A DNA stretch of 47,128 nucleotides, from positions 1 through 47,128 of IMG/VR virus record IMGVR_UViG_3300042923_001800; one strand, given 5' to 3'. Origin of the DNA: a virus. Its lineage: Duplodnaviria; Caudoviricetes. A program made the position numbers and the translations under genes. The first letter of the stretch is position 1. Each line of letters starts with the position of its first letter. Below the pieces are notes generated by a model. The model was not told the DNA's origin and did no database searches. It saw nothing but the letters and a program-made list of their open reading frames with translations. Shown one piece after another: positions 1-7,242 of the stretch.

Positions 1-41
1 TTATGCTTGTAGGAGCAATGAATCCATGTCCGTGTGATTAA
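1..41 (+). pseudogene. comM: End of the 5' fragment of host comM/yifB (Mg-chelatase-like ATPase), cut at the prophage left junction
   Basis: + frame from base 3 reads M-L-V-G-A-M-N-P-C-P-C-D-stop; the ComM/YifB hallmark is (F)xLxxAMNPCPCG and the match breaks at the G codon. Confidence 0.8.
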
Positions 42-1629
42 CACCTTTGACAATATCATTATCTTTGGTGAAGCTATACTTTACGCTGATATCAGCAGTT
101 TTGCGGCCGTTTGGGTTATCTATAGTTTGAATATCAATTCGTTTAACCAAAGACTTAACTATATCTCTCTTATCTTTAAAGCTGGCAGCTCCATCAATCT
201 TTTCTTTCATGCTCAGTAATAGTTCCTCAACCGTGTTAAATTTTTGTTCTAAAGTACCTTGTGAGTTAATCTGTTTATCTAAATCGTGGAGTAACTCATC
301 GTTAACTAAACACTCATCTTGTATTTTTGTAAGTTGCATTTCAACGTCAGCAGCATTTATAATTTTTCTTCTAAACAAGTCAAGTATAGATTGTTTTTCT
401 TCCTCTTTCACCTTAATAGAATATGCAAGTTGGTCTCTTTGAGTCTTAAGACTATCAACTCTACTACTTGTATCTTCTAAATTCTCTTTAATGGACCCTA
501 TAACCTCACCAGGATTATTTATAAAGTAAAGTATATCATCCCACACTAATTGCTCTATAAACGCCGCAGGAACGTTTTTGGAAGCACACTTACCATTTGC
601 TTTACCTTCATAACTATATTTACCTGTGCATGCGTAATAGCTATTTTTTTTATCTCTGTATGTGACACCCATATATGAATTACCACAACAACCACATTTT
701 ATTAGGCCTCGTAGAAGATAATCTCTAGTAGAGTTTCTCATGGACTCAATTTGGTTATTAGTAAGAACTGTTTGAGCTACTAGCCATGTAGATTCATCCA
801 CGATAGCAGGCACTTGTCTCACTATAATTTCTCTATCTTTTTTAGTGCTTCTTTTTCCATATTCATGAATTCCTTTATAAGTTTTACTTCGTATTATTCT
901 TCGTATTGCATTAGAGTTCCATATACCAGCTGTAGATTCTTTACGCTTCCCTCTAGTTATCTTTCTATCGTCTTTAGTATAAGAGGTAGGTAAACCTAGA
1001 GCGTTTAGGTAGTGGGCAGTTCTTATCGTGCTATAATTCTGATTAGCTATTAAATCATATATAAGTTTTATTATATCTGCCTCAGACATATCATAATTAG
1101 GTAGAAGAGAGTCATTTATTTGCAAATATCCCTCGCTATCTACAATATAACCATACGGAACTATGCCGCCTAACCACTTGCCATCTCTAGCAGCTCTATT
1201 AGCTCCATGCCACATACGTTCAAGTATAGTTTCTCTTTCAAGGTCAGCAACACCAGCTAGCATAGTTATCATAAAGCGTCCAGAAGGGTTGGAAGTATCA
1301 AAAGGCTCTGTCATGGATTTTATCTGTATTCCGTAGCTTTCGAGTTCATAGATAGAGTTAAGAGTAATACGCGCTGATCTTCCGAGCCTGTCAAGCTTGT
1401 AAACTAGCAAGGTATCAAACATTTTATTTTTAGCGTCTTCAATAAGTCTTTTTCCCTCAGTTCTTTCATGCAGCGGCACTGTTCCTGATATGCCATCGTC
1501 TTTATAAAAATCATGAATCTCCAGCTGATGCAAATCACAATATTTTGTTGCAAATACTATTTGATTTTCTATTGTAGACCTGGTGGCTTGATCTTCTGTG
1601 GAAACTCTTCCGTAAACAGCAACTTTCAT
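1..1629 (-). CDS. Large serine recombinase (integrase)
   Basis: YGRVSTEDQ catalytic Ser motif, DRLGR, recombinase domain, CGCCG...C...C zinc ribbon, coiled coil; SD AAGGAGG. Confidence 0.97.
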   Translation of the reverse strand: MKVAVYGRVSTEDQATRSTIENQIVFATKYCDLHQLEIHDFYKDDGISGTVPLHERTEGKRLIEDAKNKMFDTLLVYKLDRLGRSARITLNSIYELESYGIQIKSMTEPFDTSNPSGRFMITMLAGVADLERETILERMWHGANRAARDGKWLGGIVPYGYIVDSEGYLQINDSLLPNYDMSEADIIKLIYDLIANQNYSTIRTAHYLNALGLPTSYTKDDRKITRGKRKESTAGIWNSNAIRRIIRSKTYKGIHEYGKRSTKKDREIIVRQVPAIVDESTWLVAQTVLTNNQIESMRNSTRDYLLRGLIKCGCCGNSYMGVTYRDKKNSYYACTGKYSYEGKANGKCASKNVPAAFIEQLVWDDILYFINNPGEVIGSIKENLEDTSSRVDSLKTQRDQLAYSIKVKEEEKQSILDLFRRKIINAADVEMQLTKIQDECLVNDELLHDLDKQINSQGTLEQKFNTVEELLLSMKEKIDGAASFKDKRDIVKSLVKRIDIQTIDNPNGRKTADISVKYSFTKDNDIVKGVNHTDMDSLLLQA

Positions 1630-1650
1630 ATATTAATCCTCCTTAGTGTC

Positions 1651-1742
1651 AAAAAAAATAAAAAACCCACTCCAAGCAATTAGCTTACAATGGGTTTCAT
1701 GAACCTCTAATTTATCTAAAAATGGGGATGAGTGGGTCTCTA
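1651..1742 (-). ncRNA. Candidate structured leader/sRNA, copy A (upstream of integrase)
   Basis: Closing stem ACCCACUC/GAGUGGGU, inner AAGC-UAAUU-GCUU hairpin, long U-tract; repeated at 3055-3146. Confidence 0.65.
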
Positions 1743-1747
1743 TATAT

Positions 1748-1776
1748 AGAATATCAAACGTGCGTTTGTGTGTCAA
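1748..1776 (-). promoter_or_regulatory. SigA-type promoter with LexA/SOS-like palindrome in the spacer
   Basis: TTGACA-17bp-TATTCT; CAAAC-N4-GTTTG at 1755-1768. Confidence 0.7.
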
Positions 1777-1857
1777 TGTGATTATTATACGTATTTAAAT
1801 AAATCTGAAAATACTACAACATATTTATAATATTTATGCCGTATTTATCAATTCGAC

Positions 1858-2919
1858 TTATAACATATCATAAATTGAATAAATATAGTGTTCTATTGTT
1901 AATGACTTCCATGTGGTTCTATTGCCTGGATGAAGTACATTATCTTTTTTATTAATAATACCAATGCATCCAGGGCATATCTGCTTGTGATGACTATCTA
2001 TATTACTCCAAAAATTAGAGCTTATAATTGAAGGTGCTATCACTGTTGAGTAGGTTTTAGGGTGCATTGAGGGATGTGCTGTGAAGCCTATATATCTATT
2101 TAAAGTATTAGTGTAAAAGATATTTGTTATATAACCCCTAAATGACTCTGTAAGTGAATCTTTTTTTATTCCAGAAAAATCACCAAATGCATCAAAACCA
2201 AGTTTTTTATAATCGTTCAGAAACGAGTTGTCAAAATCATTAATTACGGAACAGTTTTTAATAGTTGAATTTTTAAAACTATTTGTAATAACACTTCTAA
2301 CTAATACAGTCTTACATTTAGATGCATTTTTTATGGCATTAATTTTCATATAAATATTAAATAAGTCAGCAGTAATATGTTTTTTTTCATCTAAATCTAA
2401 TAGTAATATATCTTCTTTTTTAATCAAATTACTAAGCTCATTAATAACAGAGTCTGAAACATCGTTATATAACCTAAAACAAACACTATTTCCATTAAAG
2501 GTACTTCGTAGCTCTTTCTCCTGAAAAGTTAGTGTTCCACTTATATATTTTTCTCGTGGGTTATAGGTAATAGTAGGAATCAAATTTTTTATACAAGACA
2601 AACTTTTTAGATAGCTAATTCTAGTATTTATACAATTATTTATTGGCTCAAGAAATTCCTTATATTTATTCTCTATTTTCGGTGTATTGAGGTCTATGTA
2701 CATTGGTATATCAATTATAATTGGAAATTTATAATTTGATAGTTCTTTGGGATATACCTCATAGAAAGTTTTTGAAGTTTTTGGAATCCTGCCAGAAGGA
2801 TAAAGTTGAACAATTTCGATTAGTGGCATTATTTTACCTGTAGTAAACACATTTGTAGACGACATGGTCTTTATTGCAGCTATTTCTGATTGCCTATATC
2901 TTAGTATAGGAATATACAT
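1858..2919 (-). CDS. Beta-family (sce7725-like) protein
   Basis: N-terminal MYIPILRYRQSEIAA, PLIEI, FGDF and C-terminal WK....HY motifs typical of this family; 353 aa. Confidence 0.75.
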   Translation of the reverse strand: MYIPILRYRQSEIAAIKTMSSTNVFTTGKIMPLIEIVQLYPSGRIPKTSKTFYEVYPKELSNYKFPIIIDIPMYIDLNTPKIENKYKEFLEPINNCINTRISYLKSLSCIKNLIPTITYNPREKYISGTLTFQEKELRSTFNGNSVCFRLYNDVSDSVINELSNLIKKEDILLLDLDEKKHITADLFNIYMKINAIKNASKCKTVLVRSVITNSFKNSTIKNCSVINDFDNSFLNDYKKLGFDAFGDFSGIKKDSLTESFRGYITNIFYTNTLNRYIGFTAHPSMHPKTYSTVIAPSIISSNFWSNIDSHHKQICPGCIGIINKKDNVLHPGNRTTWKSLTIEHYIYSIYDML

Positions 2920-3054
2920 AAATCCACCTTATTTTTATTATTTACAGTACATAATACTTTTAATTAAGGGTATTTATTCGTGGTTTTAAATCTAATGTTA
3001 AGATATTTTTCCTAATAAAATGTACACTGATTAATGGGTGTGTGCATAACTTTT

Positions 3055-3146
3055 AAAATAAATAAAACCCACCACAAGCAATTAAGCTTATAATGGGTTT
3101 CATGAACCTCAAAAATATAAAAAACGGGGGATGGGTGGGTTTATAT
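3055..3146 (-). ncRNA. Candidate structured leader/sRNA, copy B (upstream of beta-family gene)
   Basis: Closing stem AAACCCACC/GGUGGGUUU, AAGC-UUAAUU-GCUU hairpin, GAGGUUCAUGAAACCCAUU core identical to copy A. Confidence 0.65.
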
Positions 3147-3150
3147 TTAT

Positions 3151-3179
3151 AATATAACAAACATGTGTTTCTGTGTCAA
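3151..3179 (-). promoter_or_regulatory. SigA-type promoter with LexA/SOS-like palindrome in the spacer
   Basis: TTGACA-17bp-TATATT; AAAC-ACAT-GTTT within 3158-3171. Confidence 0.7.
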
Positions 3180-3197
3180 TATGGTATTTATTCTAAA

Positions 3198-3743
3198 TTA
3201 GCATCTAGCACAAAGCCTTGAATAATCAGTTTCAGCAATTTGTTTAGAAATAAAAAGATTAATTATCTGCTTTAAAAATGTAATAAAGTTTGCTGAAATT
3301 ACCTCATTTGAAATATTATAACTATTCTCCTTTACTATATTCTGATTTTTTAAAAATCCTCTTTCGTAAGCGGGCTTAAAGGTTGGATCTGAAAATATAT
3401 TTAGTACAATATAGTCAAAATGCTTAAAGCAAATTTTTATATAAATATAAAATATGGAAATTAATAACCCCTTAGAACTTAATAAATGTTTCTTTTTAAG
3501 TTTATATTTCTTAGAATTTAATCTTTTTGATTTTAAGTATTTATCAATCAACTTTTCTCTTTGCATTGTTGCCCTAAAAGGTACTATTAAGGGTATTATA
3601 AGAATAGCAAAATATAAAATAACTGCAGATAATAAATTAAATTTACATTTTCCTTCTTGATTAACAGCAATAATTAGTCCAATAAATGAAAATACAAAAA
3701 ATACAATTACACATGCGCTAAGCGCAATTTTCAAATCAATCAA
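3198..3743 (-). CDS. Membrane protein, unknown function (lysogeny-region accessory)
   Basis: 181 aa ORF with SD AGGAGGTG and 2-3 hydrophobic segments. Confidence 0.75.
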   Translation of the reverse strand: MIDLKIALSACVIVFFVFSFIGLIIAVNQEGKCKFNLLSAVILYFAILIIPLIVPFRATMQREKLIDKYLKSKRLNSKKYKLKKKHLLSSKGLLISIFYIYIKICFKHFDYIVLNIFSDPTFKPAYERGFLKNQNIVKENSYNISNEVISANFITFLKQIINLFISKQIAETDYSRLCARC

Positions 3744-3764
3744 GATTTCACCTCCTAATATGGA

Positions 3765-4259
3765 TTATCCTGTAGTCGAAGTTTGAATTTGATAATTATG
3801 TTTGTCTTTTGAAACTGCTTGTTCTCGAGTAGAACTTTTGTGTCTTCTAAAGACAGGAACTATTTCTAAACAGGCTATAGCGGGAAAAATTAATAATAGC
3901 CAGCTAATAAAACTCATAGATAATCTAAAATTTGTTAAAATATTTGAACCCTGGTCAATTTGTAATAACCTGCTACCAGAACTTGCAGGCACTAAAATAT
4001 TGAATAATCCAAGTAAATCTATAATTCCTATAATAATTATACAGCAAATAGCTATAATTGAAACTACTTTTTGGAAAACTAGCTCTCTCGAGGCATCAAA
4101 AATGCATAGATAATCATAAGTTAATCCAAGCAAAAAAATAAATGTACTTTTAAATAAGTCTGGAGGAGTCTTACAAGTAGTCGCTATAACAAGCCAAGAA
4201 AAAAACACTATAAAAATTCTTGCTATCTTTAGTAAGCTATTATCATATCCTTTTTCCAA
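3765..4259 (-). CDS. Four-TM membrane protein, unknown function
   Basis: 164 aa ORF, four hydrophobic stretches, SD AAAGAGG. Confidence 0.75.
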   Translation of the reverse strand: MEKGYDNSLLKIARIFIVFFSWLVIATTCKTPPDLFKSTFIFLLGLTYDYLCIFDASRELVFQKVVSIIAICCIIIIGIIDLLGLFNILVPASSGSRLLQIDQGSNILTNFRLSMSFISWLLLIFPAIACLEIVPVFRRHKSSTREQAVSKDKHNYQIQTSTTG

Positions 4260-4460
4260 TACAAAAACCTCTTTTCTCTATGAATAACTATTATCATAAA
4301 CTTTTTATAAATAAAGGGTTGGTGCTCTGTGGCTCTCAACGTATGGTCGTACGTATTTTTATTTTTAATATAGTTGCTATATTTCGACATATAAAATCTA
4401 ATTACGACAAATTACATTATTTCAAGTATTTTACTCAAAACTGTTTAAAAAATACTCAAA

Positions 4461-4886
4461 TTAATATAATTTGAGTTGAAGTAATTCTTTAGGCATATTA
4501 ATATCAGCTGCTATTTGCTCCATAGTATAGTACTCAGGATAGTTATGTATAAATTCATCTTGAATAAGCAATTCAGAAGAGAACTTATTTGCTTCGATTT
4601 CGAATTTATTTTTCACGTAAAATGTATTTCTCTCAATAAATAATATATTTAATTTTGCATGGAGAACAGCATGTCCTAATTCATGGCTACATACAATCAC
4701 TTTTTCAAAATCATCTAAATTACTATTGATATGAATGATTTTGTTTTTAGGGCAAGATTGATAGAAGCCTCTTATATTGCCTAATGGTTCATAAATTATT
4801 TTTATTTTTAAACAATCAGCGAGTTCAATAGGGTTGTTTGTGCCATATTTTTTTATAAGCTTTTTTACTATCTTCTTTATATCCAA
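4461..4886 (-). CDS. immA: ImmA/IrrE-family metallopeptidase (anti-repressor protease)
   Basis: HELGH zinc motif, E.EANKF, adjacent to XRE repressor. Confidence 0.93.
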   Translation of the reverse strand: MDIKKIVKKLIKKYGTNNPIELADCLKIKIIYEPLGNIRGFYQSCPKNKIIHINSNLDDFEKVIVCSHELGHAVLHAKLNILFIERNTFYVKNKFEIEANKFSSELLIQDEFIHNYPEYYTMEQIAADINMPKELLQLKLY

Positions 4887-4929
4887 GATATCATCTCCCC
4901 AATTACTCGACCATTAACCCATGATTAAC

Positions 4930-5442
4930 TTATTCTTTATCTTTTCTATATTTTTTAGGAGTAAATCTCTTCTTATTAGAAATTTTAGCAATCTCAAGAC
5001 CATTTTTTATTGCTTGTTTCAAAAGAAGTAAATCATTCTCATCTAAAATTTCTCCATTAAGCATAAGGCCTTCTTGCTCTTCAATATAATCCATAGTTTG
5101 ATTTAAGAGTTTTTCAACATCTTTTTCATCTTTCCTGGTAAAAGAAGGGTGAGCTGATTTAGCTTCCATCATAAGAATATTACCATTATTATCTTTAAAT
5201 AAAATGTCTGGTCTACTTATGTGTCCAGCTGCAGACATTAATTTTTCATAAGTAACGTTTGTATCTTCGGTACTATAAGCTAGTTTTTTGATGATTTCTG
5301 GAGTAGGAGCATTGTCTATACTCTTGTTAATATATCCAGAAACATATGCTCTGCTTACACCGCTATTGTCAGAGTATTGTTTATTATTTCTACTTCCACG
5401 TGCCTTAATTAGTAATAGGCTAAATTTATCTTTATCAAACAT
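4930..5442 (-). CDS. XRE-family HTH prophage repressor (ImmR/CI-like)
   Basis: HTH GVSRAYVS...PTPEIIKKLA; C-terminal GLMLNGE...TPKKYRK tail typical of clostridial repressors; start moved to ATG at 5442 on SD GGAG. Confidence 0.88.
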   Translation of the reverse strand: MFDKDKFSLLLIKARGSRNNKQYSDNSGVSRAYVSGYINKSIDNAPTPEIIKKLAYSTEDTNVTYEKLMSAAGHISRPDILFKDNNGNILMMEAKSAHPSFTRKDEKDVEKLLNQTMDYIEEQEGLMLNGEILDENDLLLLKQAIKNGLEIAKISNKKRFTPKKYRKDKE

Positions 5443-5475
5443 AATCATCACTCCTACAATTATTGTAAAGTTAAG

Positions 5476-5585
5476 CGTCAAAATTTTCAACATGATGGAA
5501 GTGTAAAATTTTTTATCTTTTAGTGTATAATATATTGACACAGCAATATAATAGTAGTATATTTAAAGTGTCAAATAAATTGACG
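5476..5585. promoter_or_regulatory. Divergent genetic switch: operators YGTCAA-N5-TTGACR and rightward promoter
   Basis: 17-bp palindromes at 5569-5585 (best), 5524-5540 and 5476-5492; TTGACA(5535)-17-TATATT(5558). Confidence 0.7.
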
Positions 5586-5600
5586 GATGGAGGTGAGTAA

Positions 5601-5852
5601 ATGAAACCCAATATTATAAAGATTGAAGAGTTGCTTGAAAAGCATTTTGATGGAAATAAAGCTGCATTTGCAAAAGCAATTGGGGTAGAAAGGTCACAAA
5701 TATCAGCCTTGGTAAATCATGGTGGTCGAGTAGGTGCGAAGTTCTACGGAGGATTAATAGCCTATTGTGATAACCATGGCTTGAATTTTAGAGACTATAT
5801 TTTTTTACCTCGATACGTCAAAATATTAGACAGAAAAATATCTGTATCTTAA
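5601..5852 (+). CDS. Cro-like HTH regulator
   Basis: 83 aa, NKAAFAKAIGVERSQIS HTH, divergent from repressor. Confidence 0.85.
   Translation: MKPNIIKIEELLEKHFDGNKAAFAKAIGVERSQISALVNHGGRVGAKFYGGLIAYCDNHGLNFRDYIFLPRYVKILDRKISVS
5816..5832. promoter_or_regulatory. Auxiliary operator in 3' end of cro
   Basis: CGTCAA-AATAT-TAGACA, one mismatch to the operator consensus. Confidence 0.5.
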
Positions 5853-5902
5853 TCTAGTCTACCCAGCACTTTGAAAATTTAATAGAAACGGAGGATGGAA
5901 AA

Positions 5903-6607
5903 GTGGGGAACGATTTACAGGTTATTGATGAAAGACAATTATTAAGCAGAAACTTCCGAATGTATGCTTCTTATGAAAATCCACTGTTCTTAGCTAAGGA
6001 TGTCGCTGAGTGGATTGAGCATAGCAATTCAACTGTTATGTTGCAAAACGTAGATGACTCTGAAAAGGTACTAAAGAATGTTTATACCCTTGGAGGAAGT
6101 CAAGAAACTTGGTTTTTGACAGAGGATGGTCTTTATGAAGTTTTGATGCAGAGTAGAAAACCTATTGCTAAGGAATTCAAGAAACAAATAAAGCAAATTC
6201 TTAAAGATATTAGAAAGCATGGAATGTATGCCAAGGAAGAGCTGCTGGATAATCCAGACTTGCTGTTTGATGTACTAATTAAATATAGAGGGGAACGAAA
6301 GAAGAGATTAGAGCTTGAGCAGACCAATACAATTCTAATGCACGTAAACAAGACATATACGGCTACAGAAATTGCAAAAGAATTGGGAATACCTTCTGCA
6401 ATAGCACTCAATAGAAAGCTTTATGATATGAAAATTCAGTTCAAACAAAATGATACATATGTCCTTTATTCAAAGTATGCGGATAAGGGATATGTGGAAA
6501 TAAAGCAAGAAGTAATGGATAACGGGAAAGTAATATACCACAGGAGATGGACTCAGTTAGGAAGAGAGTTTCTTCTGAAATTGTTCAGTAGCCAAGAGGC
6601 TTGTTAA
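5903..6607 (+). CDS. Phage antirepressor (BRO-N plus KilAC-like C-terminus)
   Basis: PLFLAKDVAEWI, TEDGLYEVLMQSRKPIAKEFK, IRKHGMY, WTQLGREF. Confidence 0.92.
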   Translation: MGNDLQVIDERQLLSRNFRMYASYENPLFLAKDVAEWIEHSNSTVMLQNVDDSEKVLKNVYTLGGSQETWFLTEDGLYEVLMQSRKPIAKEFKKQIKQILKDIRKHGMYAKEELLDNPDLLFDVLIKYRGERKKRLELEQTNTILMHVNKTYTATEIAKELGIPSAIALNRKLYDMKIQFKQNDTYVLYSKYADKGYVEIKQEVMDNGKVIYHRRWTQLGREFLLKLFSSQEAC

Positions 6608-6678
6608 TAAAACAAAAACTTAAAATTAAATAGGGTTTCGTGAACGTGGGATGAGGGCACTAAACAGGAGGGTTTCTA

Positions 6679-6834
6679 ATGTTTGATATGAATGAGTTTA
6701 GATGTCCAGAATGTAATAAGTTAATTTTTAAATACAGATTAAAAGGGTCGTTGGTGTTAGAGGTTAAGTGCACTAGGTGCAATAAAATTGCTTCGTTGGC
6801 AATAGGAAGGATGGCGAGCTCATGGGAAAGTTAG
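6679..6834 (+). CDS. Com-family zinc-ribbon regulator (51 aa, not in ORF track)
   Basis: EFRCPECNKLIFK...EVKCTRC, matching the Mu Com pattern RCxxCnKLL...IKCxRC; SD AGGAGG. Confidence 0.8.
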   Translation: MFDMNEFRCPECNKLIFKYRLKGSLVLEVKCTRCNKIASLAIGRMASSWES

Positions 6835-6977
6835 TGGCTATAGAGAAGCAACAAATGAAGTCTGGAAGATTTGAATGTACTGTTACTAAAGAGTTTTATG
6901 CAGGGGAAGAGGAAAGAGCTGCACAGGTTAAGGCTTTAAAGTACATAAAATCGTTGGAATACAGAAAGGAGGCTTAA
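6822..6977 (+). CDS. Small hypothetical protein (51 aa)
   Basis: MGKLVAIEKQQ...RKEA; SD AGGA; overlaps the Com-like gene end. Confidence 0.6.
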   Translation: MGKLVAIEKQQMKSGRFECTVTKEFYAGEEERAAQVKALKYIKSLEYRKEA

Positions 6978-7074
6978 AAAGCCTTATAAAAATTTTTACT
7001 CAACCTAAAATGCATAGACTGCTCAATATATTCTATGCAAAAGAAAAAAGAATAGAACCGGGGGATGAGAAAAA

Positions 7075-7230
7075 TTGAAAATTCTTAAGAAACCTCTTAG
7101 TAGAGACGAAAGGTTTTTTCTAATAAGACAAGGCATTAACCCTAATAATTTTTTATTAACTAGAAAGACAGCAGACAACTACGAGTTTTACAAAATAAGT
7201 ACGGGAAAGTTAGTATCCATAAGAAGATAG
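7075..7230 (+). CDS. Small phage protein (DUF6906-like, 51 aa, TTG start)
   Basis: LKKPLSRDERFFLIRQGINPNNFLL...; SD GGGGA. Confidence 0.6.
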   Translation: MKILKKPLSRDERFFLIRQGINPNNFLLTRKTADNYEFYKISTGKLVSIRR

Positions 7231-7242
7231 GAGGAACAAGAA

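Noticed and set aside
1651-3184. CRISPR or tandem guide-RNA array interpretation of the repeats
   Set aside because: Only two copies 1.4 kb apart, each with its own promoter; no repeat-spacer periodicity and no cas-like genes
7011-7039. Inverted repeat TGCATAGA...TCTATGCA
   Set aside because: Real but isolated, with 8-bp arms and no + strand U-tract or second copy; no function supportable
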